A stretch of DNA of 64,000 nt from assembly GCA_963720285.1 (NCBI GenBank), contig CAVREZ010000004.1, positions 32,628-96,627 on the forward strand, in the 5' to 3' direction. Made by a program: the position numbers and the translations under genes. The notes beneath the pieces were generated by a model. The model had not been told where the DNA came from. It made no database searches and was given only the letters and a program-made list of their open reading frames with translations. The stretch's first letter is position 1, and every line of letters starts with the position of its first letter. Below are positions 29,457-40,294 of this stretch, piece by piece. This DNA comes from an uncultured Acidobacteriota bacterium (GTDB lineage: Bacteria; Acidobacteriota; Terriglobia; Terriglobales; Acidobacteriaceae).

Positions 29457-31331
29457 ATGGGCGCGCCGCCGGAGATAGATATCGTCACTTCAACTACCAC
29501 TCGTCGCCATTCATCTTTATTCGGGGCCGAAATTCAAAAAGGCGGCCAGGTTCGCTTCAGAATTTGGGCGCCAGCCTCAGATCAGGTGTATCTCGCGATT
29601 GAAGATCGACCTGAGAGAGCTGGGCTTACAGCGCAGGCGGACGGCTGGCACGAGATCATCACGGCTGCGCGCGCGGGCACACGATACCGATTTGTTTTGC
29701 CTGATGGCATGCGGGCGCCAGACCCGGCCTCGCGCTTTCAGCCTGAAGATGTGCATGGGCCTAGCGAAGTGATCGACCCTGAAAGTTACGCTTGGCACGA
29801 TACCTCCTGGCAGGGCCGCCCATGGTCTGAGGCGGTCATCTACGAACTCCACATTGGCGCCTTCACAGAAGCCGGGATGTTTCAGGCCGCGATTAAGAAG
29901 CTGGATTATCTCGTAGAACTGGGCGTCACGGCGATCGAAATCATGCCGGTTGCCGATTTCGCGGGAACGCGCAATTGGGGTTACGACGGTGTTCTGCTGT
30001 ATGCTCCCGATTCCTCCTATGGACGGCCCGAGGGCCTGAAGGCCTTGATAGATGCGGCTCATGGCCGAGGCCTGATGGTGTTATTGGACGTCGTCTACAA
30101 CCATTTCGGCCCAGAAGGAAACTATCTACCAACCTACGCACCGCAAATCTTTACCGCCCGGCACAAGACACCTTGGGGCGATGCTATCAACTTCGACAGC
30201 GAGGGCAGTTCGGTTGTTCGCGAATTCGTCATCGATAACGCCCTCTACTGGCTGGAAGAATTTCATTTCGACGGTCTTCGGCTGGATGCCGTCCATGCTA
30301 TCAAAGACGATAGTCCAAGGCATTTGCTGCAGGAACTGGCCCAACGCGTACGGTCCGCGGCAAATGGCCGGTATGTCCATCTAATCCTTGAGAACGAAGC
30401 CAATGAGGCTGCGCGTCTGCGGCGAGATGCAAATGGCTCGCCGCTGCAATACACGGCGCAATGGAACGATGATGTGCATCACGTATTGCATACTGCAGCG
30501 ACCCTGGAATCACACAGCTACTACCAGGAATATTTGGATGACACAGAGAAGCTGCGCCGGGCTCTCGCAGAAGGCTTTGCTTTTCAGGGCGAACTCACGG
30601 AGTGTCTCGGAAGCGAGCGTGGCGAGCCGTCGGCTGAGCTGCCGCCCACAGCGTTTGTCTCATTCATGCAGAACCACGACCAGGCCGGAAATCGCGCCTT
30701 CGGCGAACGAATCAACGCAATTGCATCTCGTGAAGCAGTGCGTGCTATCGCCTGCATCTACCTGCTTCTGCCGCAGATCCCGATGCTGTTTATGGGAGTA
30801 GAATGGTCATGTTCACAACCATTTCCCTTCTTTTGCGACTTCGAAGAAGAGCTAGGGGAACTGGTGCGTAGAGGGCGCCGGGAAGAGTTCAAGAACTTTC
30901 CCGAATTCAAGGATGCCGAAAAACGTGAGTGTTTCCCCGACCCCCAAGCCGAAGCGACTTTCCGTTCCAGCAAGCTTGACTGGGCACAGCAGCAACAGGA
31001 TGGACACGCCGAGTGGCTCGAATGGTACAAACGCGTACTCTCGGTGAGACGTGACAAGATTCAGCCCCTGCTGGAGCAAATTCAAGGGAACGCCGGCAGC
31101 TATCAGGTTCTTGGAACCGGTGCGGTGATCGTTCGTTGGACCCTGGGCACAGAGCGCGTGCTGGTACTGCGAGCGAATTTGTCAGACATTTCCGTGGAAG
31201 GTTTTGTCAATTGCAAAGAGCAAACAATATGGGAGGAAGGTCTAGCCCCGGCTGACGGCCGGATGCCTCCATGGTCTGTTCAGTGGACACTTGAAGATCA
31301 GTCGCAACATGAGCAGCGAAAGTTGGCATAG
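29457..31331 (+). CDS. treZ: Malto-oligosyltrehalose trehalohydrolase (GH13)
   Basis: FRIWAP, PDPASRFQPEDVHGPS, NWGYDG, GLRLDAVHAI, QNHDQ. Confidence 0.92.
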   Translation: MGAPPEIDIVTSTTTRRHSSLFGAEIQKGGQVRFRIWAPASDQVYLAIEDRPERAGLTAQADGWHEIITAARAGTRYRFVLPDGMRAPDPASRFQPEDVHGPSEVIDPESYAWHDTSWQGRPWSEAVIYELHIGAFTEAGMFQAAIKKLDYLVELGVTAIEIMPVADFAGTRNWGYDGVLLYAPDSSYGRPEGLKALIDAAHGRGLMVLLDVVYNHFGPEGNYLPTYAPQIFTARHKTPWGDAINFDSEGSSVVREFVIDNALYWLEEFHFDGLRLDAVHAIKDDSPRHLLQELAQRVRSAANGRYVHLILENEANEAARLRRDANGSPLQYTAQWNDDVHHVLHTAATLESHSYYQEYLDDTEKLRRALAEGFAFQGELTECLGSERGEPSAELPPTAFVSFMQNHDQAGNRAFGERINAIASREAVRAIACIYLLLPQIPMLFMGVEWSCSQPFPFFCDFEEELGELVRRGRREEFKNFPEFKDAEKRECFPDPQAEATFRSSKLDWAQQQQDGHAEWLEWYKRVLSVRRDKIQPLLEQIQGNAGSYQVLGTGAVIVRWTLGTERVLVLRANLSDISVEGFVNCKEQTIWEEGLAPADGRMPPWSVQWTLEDQSQHEQRKLA

Positions 31332-31630
31332 GTATTTTCTCAATGACAATTGTAGGACTGAGGGCAGAATTCCGATTCAACCGTGAATCCAGAGGCGCAA
31401 CGGTGCAGTTGAGAGGTACTAATATAGCTGTCACTCTTAAGTCTCAAGAAAACTATAGATAACTTTGTTTGTGGATTGCGCTTCTTATATCAATAGGCCC
31501 GTTGGTTCATTGGCATGCACTCCATCCTCTATCAGAATGCAGAGATTGGCAACCTCTTCTAGTTCATCACTCTCGAAACTGAACATTATCGTGCGACTCA
31601 GGGGTCGGGTTCTTATAAGGATTCCCCATT

Positions 31631-33556
31631 TTGAATAGTTGTGTACAAAATGTGCTCGGCACGAAAGCTCGGATACCTTCATCTACATATCGGCTACAGA
31701 TGCATGAAAACTTCACTTTTGCCGATGCCGAAAAGATCTTGCCCTATCTGAGTGAACTTGGCATCGGGGACATCTACTTGTCTCCAGTGTTTGAGGCAAA
31801 GCCACATTCGACGCATGGCTATGACGTGGTCAACCACGACAGGCTCAATCCAGAACTCGGCAGCGATGACGCCTTTGATTCATTGGCATTGTCACTCCAG
31901 AAGCTGAAAATGGGTTTGCTGCTCGACATCGTGCCAAACCATATGAGTGTAGGGGACAACTCGATTTGGTGGCAGGATGTCCTCGAAAATGGGCGCTCAT
32001 CTGAATACTCACTGTACTTCGATATCGATTGGCATCCCCTGAAGCCCGATATGCAAAATAAATTGTTGCTTCCCCTCCTGGGCTCGCAATACGGTGAGGC
32101 TCTGGAAGCAAAAGAGATTCAGTTCGGATTTGAGAAAGGTCGCGCGTATATCTCGTATTTCGATCACCTTCATCCCTTCTCTCCGCGTACTCTTCCTCTC
32201 GTCTTTCCCAAGTCAAAAGATTCGGAATGGGGCGTGACTTCTGAGTTCCGAGACCTACTTGATCGGCTGAGAAATCTGCCACCACACCAAAGCACGGGCG
32301 GCGAAGCGGAGCGACGCAGAAGGCTGATGCAAGAACTCAAGCCTGAATTGAAAGAGGCACTGCAAAGTCCCGAAATGCAACCTGGACTTGCGATGGCCGC
32401 GAATGCCATCAACGGCCGGAAGGACGACCCACGTTCTTTCGACGCCTTACACCAATTACTCAAAGCACAGCCGTACCGGCTTGCCTCCTGGCGGACATCC
32501 AGCGAACAGATCAACTATCGTCGTTTCTTCGATGTCAACGATCTCGTAGGCCTCCGGATGGAAGAACCTGTGGTCTTTGCGAGAACCCATTCCCTGATTC
32601 GAAAGCTGTTAGCTGAGGGGAAAATAACAGACCTCCGAATCGATCATTGCGACGGTATGTTCAATCCGCGCATTTATCTGCAGCGCCTGCAGGCACTATT
32701 CGTGGCGGCCAAGTGCAAAGGACCGGTACAGGACTCGGCAGATGCGAGTAAGAGCGGGATAGAACAGAGCGTCCTTGACGAGACGAGAGACATCGATTGG
32801 ACGGACGCGAACCTTCCGCTCTATTTCGTCGTGGAAAAGATCCTGGAGCCTGGAGAGGTGCTTCCGAAAATATGGGCAGTCCAGGGAACCTCTGGCTACG
32901 ACTTCGTGCATTTGGCAAATCAATTCTTTATTCAGCCAAAGAGCAAAGGGCAGTATGACGTCATCTACAAAGAGTTCACCGGAGGAATCGCCAAGCCTTC
33001 GCAAATTATCTACGAGTCGAAGCGCAATGTGATGTTGAGTTCTCTGGCGAGTGAAACACACACACTCACCAGTTTGCTCTCGCGTCTGGCAAGTGGAGAT
33101 CGCCGGGTTCGAGATTTCACCGACAATCTTCTCGAAGCCGTCATTTGTGGAACGATCGCGTGCTTTCCCATTTACCACACCTACATAGACGAACGTGGAA
33201 AGTACAGCACTGATAACACAAGGGTTATTCATGAAGCGATACGTCTAGCGAAACGTCGCAATCCGGACATCGACGCTTCAGCGTTCCAGTATCTACAGCG
33301 AGTGTTGCTTCTGGAAGGAAGAGGAACAAATAATCATCAGCAAGATGAAGATGCCCTTTATTTTGCGCTCAAGTTCCAGCAACTCACTGGGCCTGTCATG
33401 GCAAAAGGTGTGGAGGACACGAGTTTCTACGTCTACTTCCGCTTTCTCTCTTCGAATGAGGTCGGCTCAGCCATCGACGCCTTCGGGTTGGACGCTTCAA
33501 CACTTCATAAGGCAAATATTCAGCGGAAAGCTCAGACGCCGTATGCGCTACACTAA
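31631..33556 (+). pseudogene. treY: Malto-oligosyltrehalose synthase, C-terminally truncated
   Basis: STYRLQ, STHGYDV, DIVPNHM, INYRRFFD, LRIDH, VEKIL, MAKGVEDT; stops just before the conserved STHDTKR motif. Confidence 0.85.
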
Positions 33557-33794
33557 CAATCTCGCTGGTACAAATTACCGGGCAGGCCAAAGGGTGTGCC
33601 GGAACACCTTCGATCGGACAACAGGCCGGGCACTCCAAAAGCACTAGAATCACTTTCTGGTGAAACTCGTACAAGCCGTCCTGGTGTTTGGGGAGGGCTT
33701 TGTTCGTGATTCGTGAACATACAAACTGCAGGATGAGTTCCTCGGTTACCTGCACGGAACGATGCTCCTCGAGTAGACGAAAGACGAGTTGCAA

Positions 33795-36194
33795 TCAAAG
33801 GACGTTTACGACGTGATCCCTACCTTCCCAGCGGCTGGCCTGGGTCCAGAAGAACGTGAAGTGAATGCTTTTCGGCGAGGTGGTTACGGTATCCGGCAGG
33901 TCGACGTAGTCGATCTGAAGCGTACTTCGAGTCGATTGGGTGTCGTGCACCGATTGCCAATTATCAGCTGACCAATGGAGAGTAAATGCTTCATGGCCGT
34001 GAATTCTCAAGGTTTCGCCGCGCCGCATAAAACGCACATGACGGTTCGGCTTCCATATCTCCAGCTGCTTTCGCTTGCCGCGCTTGCCGAGATAACGCTT
34101 TGCTACCTCCGGAATAGAATCGTAGACTTTGCCGTCCGCTGTGGAGCGAAGCAGCTTGATATATTCGGCATGGGCCCACATGAGCGGCATCGCTGACCCC
34201 GTGGGAGAACCGAGCCACATATGGATCTCCGGACGGTCAGCCTCGTCCCATGATTGCTCAGGAAGCAGGCCCGTCTTCGACGCGAGCCCTTCCATCGCAC
34301 GGATGTAAGGCTCGGTGCTTCGTCCAGCGGCCAGTTCGTAGTGGCCGCGTTCGCCGGTGAGTAGAGGCCACACCCGACCCACACCAGATCCCGTGAACGG
34401 TCCGCCATCGGTCCGCTGGCCGTAACCATCGTGGTTGTAGCGATGCCACGCCGGACCTGCGGGTGTTTCGGTCTTGATCACTGCGTCGAGAACCTTGACC
34501 GTGGCTACGATGACCGGATCATCCGCGCTACGGATGCCGTAGCGGACCAATTCGAGGAAGCCTCCGTCGACGATGTTGCGAGCGGGATAGTCGCTCTTTT
34601 CTCCGTGAGCATGATTCGCGATGTGCAGAACGCGGAGTTCCCTGTCTTCCGCTGGGTGCTCCTGCCCAACCTGTTCCGGCAGGATGCGCATATAGTGGGT
34701 GGATATCCCGTCGAGCAGCGAACCTGTGTTGGTTACGGTCCATTCCTCAATGTGACTTTCGAGAAAGTCAGCGTATTCTTCGATAAAGTTCGCGGTCTCT
34801 TTATCGCCCTCGTCTCGAAACATCGCTGAGGCGCAGATCAGCGCAGCTATGTTTGAGGCGAGCGTCGACGGGGAATAGCCGGAGGCTTCTTCCCAGCGTT
34901 CCTGCTGCGTGACCGGGCCATTGCGGATGAGGTAGGAGGCGCCTTTGTGGATCAGGTTAGAAGGGTCAAATTCCGCCAGGGCCTTCTCACAACGAAGTCG
35001 CCATGCCAGTAAGATGGGAAATGCCACCTCATCCAGTTGAATGCCGGTCCAGTAAGCATCTCCGTTCACCCAGAAATTCTGCGCAAAACCGCCGTCATCG
35101 TGTTGTGAAACGGCAAGATAGATAAGGGCGCGAAGTGGCGTGGCGGTATCGCCCGCTGCCAATAGCGCTGTCGCGCTGTTGACCATGTCGCGTGTCCAGA
35201 CGAGATGATAGCCGCCTTGATCGCTGTCACCTTTCGCTTCGCCCCAAGGGATCGCTAGAGAAGCGATGAGAGCGCCGGCAAACGACTTGTCCTCATGGGC
35301 AAGCAACAGACTGTAGCTGCTGTTGTAGAGGTTGCCTTTGTCGAACGAAGAGCCTTTCAACGACTTCAAGTGGGACGCAGTCTCATCCCATTGCTTCTTG
35401 TACCGGGCAAGGTGTTCTTCAAACGGAATGGCCAAAGACTGAAGAAGATTGGCGACAGCTCGCTGCTCGCTGTCGCCGAAGGCAAGCCCGAGTGTAAATT
35501 CGCGTGTCTCACTCAGGTCGAGTTCGCCGGTGAGCGCAACATTTCCATCATTTGCGCGATCGAACTCCCAGTCCATGCTGAAGTCTTTGTGGAGATCGGT
35601 CCAGCCATCACTTGCGCCGACATATCCGCAGGAGAGACGGGAGAACGGGACGGTCGCAGCCATAGCCATCCATCTGCTGCCCTTCTTTGCCATAAGGATG
35701 CGTTGACCATTCGCGACAGCAACGTAGCCATGGTTGTCGGCACCACCGATTTCCAGATGCGGGGCGCATAGAGCAAAGAGCTTCAAGTCTGCGAGGACCT
35801 TCCTGTTCCTGCATTTCAGCTTTGTCCTTTGCAGGAGACATGGCAGGTGCGGATCGCCGATGACTTCCTTGGTCAGCGTGTACCGGCCTTCCGTGTCGAT
35901 GTTGACGACGCGATAGCCCAATGCATGGTCGGATATGCGCTCCGTGGAAACGGTGAGATCGCGCTTCTCTTCATGAAAGGAGGTCGTGCCATCAGTCACG
36001 AGATACTGCAAATCGCGAACCTGCGGGCGATCGATGGTGGGATAGTAGACCTCCGTGATGATGCCATTCCAGATTGTGAACCAGAGAAGGCTTGACGCGG
36101 AGTAGGCAGTGCCCACGCCAGTTTTGTTGCTGTGTGTCCAACGCGGTTCGATTCCGGGTTTCCCGAAAGCTTCCTTGCCGTTTGCCTGCTGCAT
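33795..36194 (-). CDS. GH15 glucoamylase / glucodextranase-like
   Basis: AFGKPGIEPRWT, GGYHLVWTRD, QERWEE, RYNHDGYG, LLPEQ, SAMPLMWAHAEY. Confidence 0.9.
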   Translation of the reverse strand: MQQANGKEAFGKPGIEPRWTHSNKTGVGTAYSASSLLWFTIWNGIITEVYYPTIDRPQVRDLQYLVTDGTTSFHEEKRDLTVSTERISDHALGYRVVNIDTEGRYTLTKEVIGDPHLPCLLQRTKLKCRNRKVLADLKLFALCAPHLEIGGADNHGYVAVANGQRILMAKKGSRWMAMAATVPFSRLSCGYVGASDGWTDLHKDFSMDWEFDRANDGNVALTGELDLSETREFTLGLAFGDSEQRAVANLLQSLAIPFEEHLARYKKQWDETASHLKSLKGSSFDKGNLYNSSYSLLLAHEDKSFAGALIASLAIPWGEAKGDSDQGGYHLVWTRDMVNSATALLAAGDTATPLRALIYLAVSQHDDGGFAQNFWVNGDAYWTGIQLDEVAFPILLAWRLRCEKALAEFDPSNLIHKGASYLIRNGPVTQQERWEEASGYSPSTLASNIAALICASAMFRDEGDKETANFIEEYADFLESHIEEWTVTNTGSLLDGISTHYMRILPEQVGQEHPAEDRELRVLHIANHAHGEKSDYPARNIVDGGFLELVRYGIRSADDPVIVATVKVLDAVIKTETPAGPAWHRYNHDGYGQRTDGGPFTGSGVGRVWPLLTGERGHYELAAGRSTEPYIRAMEGLASKTGLLPEQSWDEADRPEIHMWLGSPTGSAMPLMWAHAEYIKLLRSTADGKVYDSIPEVAKRYLGKRGKRKQLEIWKPNRHVRFMRRGETLRIHGHEAFTLHWSADNWQSVHDTQSTRSTLQIDYVDLPDTVTTSPKSIHFTFFWTQASRWEGRDHVVNVL

Positions 36195-36291
36195 GACTAG
36201 TCCTTATTTCGAGCGATACGCATGATACGTGTCGACTTCGCGGAAGCGAAGAAATCACTTCCGATGAACTGCATTTGCGGAATCGACCACC

Positions 36292-36810
36292 TCACGTTGG
36301 AAGACGGCCGACGACCTCATACTCGCCGGAAGCGACGCTCATCTTCCTGCCGATCGCCATAACTTCAGAGAAGGTATCTTGAATGGTGATTCGTCCGGCG
36401 TACGCCATCACTCCGGCAGAAATCGCGGTTCCTGTACACCACGAGCAGAGCCCTCCGAAGCTGAACACCTGGCGACCGGCATTGAAAACCGCTGCCGATG
36501 CATCGAGAGCAAGTTTCGCCCCAAGCAGGCTCCTCGCAGTTCTGGATCGCCGGGCGAGGATCGCCAGCGTGAGCGTAGCACTGAAGCTGATAAGCCCTAG
36601 AAGCGCGTCTGGTATGCCCAAAGGGTGCGCGGCCTTCGACATGGTTATGCGCTCGGATTCAAAGACGCTCATAGGAGGATCAGGAAGCCGTGATATGACG
36701 CCAGTCTGATAAAGCGCTACAGGTACCAGTGTAGCCAGAGCGGAACAGCAGGCTCCGAATAAGAGCGCATCATGGGCCGCAGTCTTTCTTTCAACTTCGA
36801 GCGGCATCAT
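36292..36810 (-). CDS. Vitamin K epoxide reductase (VKOR) family membrane protein
   Basis: LYQTG...LPDPP, GIPDALLG, C-terminal LCSWC redox motif. Confidence 0.75.
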   Translation of the reverse strand: MMPLEVERKTAAHDALLFGACCSALATLVPVALYQTGVISRLPDPPMSVFESERITMSKAAHPLGIPDALLGLISFSATLTLAILARRSRTARSLLGAKLALDASAAVFNAGRQVFSFGGLCSWCTGTAISAGVMAYAGRITIQDTFSEVMAIGRKMSVASGEYEVVGRLPT

Positions 36811-37820
36811 CAGGACGTTCTCCGGGTGGCTAGAATGGCCCCGCCAATCGAAGCGAGGAGCGCCGTCGCCCCTAGAGCGACGATGCCCCGGTTGAGCGAC
36901 AAAGAGATTTCGGTACTCGTTCTTGTGGACCGGTTACCGAACTTTCCGCGTGCGCTATGTTTCCCGGGAACATATTCGTAGAGGTTATTCGGCGTATTCG
37001 GATCTTTAGGTTCGTCGGGTATCTGCTGGGACTTGTAGCCGGTCCTGCCCAGATAGATGTCGAGCAATCCAGGAATAAACTTTTGCCCGACGATGGCGAT
37101 TACAGTCGGAGTTCCGACCCAATATTCACGGCGCGGATTCTTTGCAAGTCCGGCTGCGATTACGACCTCGGCCGTGAGTTCCGGATCATAGATGGGAGGT
37201 ACGGGCTGCGGATCGTTCGGCAAGCGGTTCTTCACCCAGCCGAACTGAGTGGTGTTCATTGCCGGCATGTGCACGGCCGTCAACTTCACGTTGCTTCCGT
37301 CATGATGAAGTTCACAGCGCAGCGAATCGGTAAATCCATTGATGGCGTGTTTACAGGCGCAATACGCTGACTGCAAAGGGATGGAACGATAGGCAAGCGC
37401 TGAACCAATCTGGATGATTGTGCCACGATCTCTGGGAAGCATTCGCTTCAATGCGGCAAGCGTTCCGTGGACGAAACCCAGGTAAAGCACGTCGGTCACC
37501 CGCTTATAGTCAGAAGCTTCCATCTCTTTGACGGGGGAAAAAACGCTGACCATCGCATCGTTGACCCATACGTCAATCGGCCCGAACTCTTCCTCAACGC
37601 GGGCTGCAGCCGCATCGACGGCGCCAGCATCCGACACATCTACGGGAACCACGATTGCCCGGCCGCCAAGTGCCTCGCACTCTTCCTTTGCCGCGTTGAG
37701 TGCTTCAGGATTTCTGGCCAATAACCCGATGTGCGCTCCGCGTTTCGCAAAGGCGTGAGCAATCGCCCTACCAAGTCCCGCAGAGGAGCCTGTAATTACA
37801 ACTACAAATCCATTTGACAT
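36810..37820 (-). CDS. Short-chain dehydrogenase/reductase
   Basis: TGSSAGLG, DVWVNDA, YCACK catalytic motif. Confidence 0.9.
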   Translation of the reverse strand: MSNGFVVVITGSSAGLGRAIAHAFAKRGAHIGLLARNPEALNAAKEECEALGGRAIVVPVDVSDAGAVDAAAARVEEEFGPIDVWVNDAMVSVFSPVKEMEASDYKRVTDVLYLGFVHGTLAALKRMLPRDRGTIIQIGSALAYRSIPLQSAYCACKHAINGFTDSLRCELHHDGSNVKLTAVHMPAMNTTQFGWVKNRLPNDPQPVPPIYDPELTAEVVIAAGLAKNPRREYWVGTPTVIAIVGQKFIPGLLDIYLGRTGYKSQQIPDEPKDPNTPNNLYEYVPGKHSARGKFGNRSTRTSTEISLSLNRGIVALGATALLASIGGAILATRRTS

Positions 37821-37952
37821 GATTTCCCCAGTGTTCACGAGAGAGAACGTGCTTTCGCTTTTCATTGAGGTTGGATGCCAATTTGTTGGCGCGGGACATC
37901 CCGCAGGCTATGAATTGTCGTCTACGTAACTGAAGAGAGATGTGAAAACTCT

Positions 37953-39119
37953 ATGGCTATCGATACCGAGCGGTACATGCGGACGATGAGCCTGTTATCC
38001 GACTCTGGCTACGATGCGTTGGTTTGTTCGTCGGCAACAGAAGTTCTATTGTTGAGTGGATATTGGCCAGTTATGGCGCAGAGTGTTGCGGTGTTTACTT
38101 CTGAGGGCGCTGTTAAGGTTGTCGTTCCTGAAGACGAAGCGGAACTAGTCGAGAAAACGTCCGCAGCCGAGATTATTCCTTATCAACCGGCAACGATACA
38201 CACGCTCGCGAGTCCACTGAGCCGCCTCAAGGAGCCTCTTCAATTCGCTTTGAAGACCTTCTCTACATCCAAGGTTTGCGTAGGCATTCAGATGGAGCAG
38301 GGACTGCAGCCCGCAAGTTATGCAGTGTCTGCGGTCTTCCGCGCTTCATTCGCGGCTTTAGTCCGCGACATACTGCCTGAAGCGGAATTGTCGGGTTGCG
38401 ACGAGTTCGTGGAAACAATGAAGGCAGTGAAGACGGCGAAAGAACTAGAGATTTTGCATACGGCGAGCAGCGTGGCAGCGGCTGGATTTCGAGTGGCAGG
38501 AAAGTGCATCGAACCAGGCAGGCGCGAGAGCGAGGTCGCGGCTGAGATTCATGCGGCGTTTGAAACAACGCGGGCTGCCGACTGTTTGCAACGAAGCTAC
38601 GGATACTACTTCTGCATGTCCGGACCGAATTCCGCCACCGCAGCAGCAGCCTACGCTCGAACCAGGCAGCGGGTTATTCAAGAAGGCGATCTGGTGATGA
38701 TCCACGCGAACACCTGTGCCGATGGTTATTGGACAGACATCACGAGGACATATTGTGCGGGAACTCCTTCACGCCGCCAGGAGGAAATGCGCTCTGCGAT
38801 CGACGAGGCGCGAGCAGCGGCTCTGCGCTCCGTTCGTCCCGGAGCGACAGGACGTGAGATTGACGGGGCCGCACGGCTAGTGATGGATGCGGCGGGGTTC
38901 GGCAAAGCGTTCAAACACGCGGCCGGCCATGGTGTGGGATTCGCGGCGGCGAACCCGAACGGCAGACCGCGGATTCATCCCCTTTCATACGATGTGCTTG
39001 AGAAAGGAATGACATTCAATCTCGAACCTGCAGCTTACTTCGAGGGCTATGGCGGCATGCGCCACTGTGACGTGATTGCTGTGACGGCAGATGGCGCCAA
39101 AGTCATCACGGAACTTTGA
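37953..39119 (+). CDS. M24 (pita-bread fold) Xaa-Pro peptidase/creatinase-like protein
   Basis: VKTAKEL, GYWTDITRT, GHGVG, LEKGMTFNLEP; several metal ligands are altered. Confidence 0.8.
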   Translation: MAIDTERYMRTMSLLSDSGYDALVCSSATEVLLLSGYWPVMAQSVAVFTSEGAVKVVVPEDEAELVEKTSAAEIIPYQPATIHTLASPLSRLKEPLQFALKTFSTSKVCVGIQMEQGLQPASYAVSAVFRASFAALVRDILPEAELSGCDEFVETMKAVKTAKELEILHTASSVAAAGFRVAGKCIEPGRRESEVAAEIHAAFETTRAADCLQRSYGYYFCMSGPNSATAAAAYARTRQRVIQEGDLVMIHANTCADGYWTDITRTYCAGTPSRRQEEMRSAIDEARAAALRSVRPGATGREIDGAARLVMDAAGFGKAFKHAAGHGVGFAAANPNGRPRIHPLSYDVLEKGMTFNLEPAAYFEGYGGMRHCDVIAVTADGAKVITEL

Positions 39120-39122
39120 ATC

Positions 39123-40223
39123 ATGGCCATACACGGAGCGCCGATCCACGCAAGCAGGGTAATGGTCTACACCGTGCCGACCGATGCGCCTGAGGCTGAC
39201 GGCACTCTCGCATGGGACAGCACCACTATGGTGCTTGTGACATTGGAAGCCGGGGACAAGCGCGGCCTGGGCTACACCTATGCCGATGGGGCGACCGGCA
39301 AGCTGGTGAAGACGCTGCTGGAGAAGGTCGTCGACGGGCGCGACGCATTCGAACACGGAGCCATTCTCCAGGAGCTATACCGGCAGGTTCGCAACTCGGG
39401 CGAAACCGGCATCAGCAGCATGGCGATCTCTGCGATTGACATCGCTCTCTGGGATCTTCGCGCCAGACTTCTCGATACATCTTTGGTCAACCTGCTGGGC
39501 TCGGTACGTGACGGCATTGCGGTCTATGGCAGTGGCGGCTTTACTTCCTACAGCGACACGCAACTCACCAGGCAACTCGGCCGATGGGCCGAGCAGGGCT
39601 TCGGCATGGTCAAGATGAAAGTGGGCACCCACGCTGACGATGATGTGCGGAGAGTGAGCGTTGCGCGCAAGGCGATTGGCGAAGATACGAAGCTGTTTGT
39701 GGATGCCAACGGCGCTTATACGGTCACGCAGGCGCTGCAGTTAGGACATCTCTTCGCTCGCGAGGCGGATGTCCGGTGGTTCGAAGAGCCGTTAAGCTCG
39801 GACAACCTGACCGGGCTATGCGAGGTGCGTGCGCGGGCTCCGCTAGGAATGGACATAGCGGCAGGAGAGTACGGATACACGGCGTGGTACTTCGATCGCA
39901 TGCTGAAGGCTAAGGCGGTCACCATCCTGCAGGCCGATGCCACGCGCTGCGGCGGTATCAGCGGATTCTTGAACGCGGGAGCGCTCTGCTGGGCTACGAA
40001 TACGCCGCTTTCTTCCCACTGCGGCCCGAGCATGCACGTGCATGTATGCTGTGCCCTCCCGCGAGCTATCCATATGGAGTTCTTTCACGACCATGTCCGC
40101 ATTGAGCGTATGTTCTTTGACGGATTCTGTGAGCCAGTAAATGGCGTGATTTCCCCGGATCGTACACGACCAGGGATGGGATTGACTTTGAGAGAGAAAG
40201 ATGTGGAACGTTTTCTGACGTAA
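39123..40223 (+). CDS. Mandelate racemase/muconate lactonizing enzyme (enolase superfamily)
   Basis: SAIDIALWD, KMK, VDAN, FEEP, AGE, PGMG. Confidence 0.88.
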   Translation: MAIHGAPIHASRVMVYTVPTDAPEADGTLAWDSTTMVLVTLEAGDKRGLGYTYADGATGKLVKTLLEKVVDGRDAFEHGAILQELYRQVRNSGETGISSMAISAIDIALWDLRARLLDTSLVNLLGSVRDGIAVYGSGGFTSYSDTQLTRQLGRWAEQGFGMVKMKVGTHADDDVRRVSVARKAIGEDTKLFVDANGAYTVTQALQLGHLFAREADVRWFEEPLSSDNLTGLCEVRARAPLGMDIAAGEYGYTAWYFDRMLKAKAVTILQADATRCGGISGFLNAGALCWATNTPLSSHCGPSMHVHVCCALPRAIHMEFFHDHVRIERMFFDGFCEPVNGVISPDRTRPGMGLTLREKDVERFLT

Positions 40224-40294
40224 AGCGCGCCGATTACACGCGTGATGCACTCCATGCGCCCGACGGCGCCTAAACGGGAAGCAGGGTTAATGTG

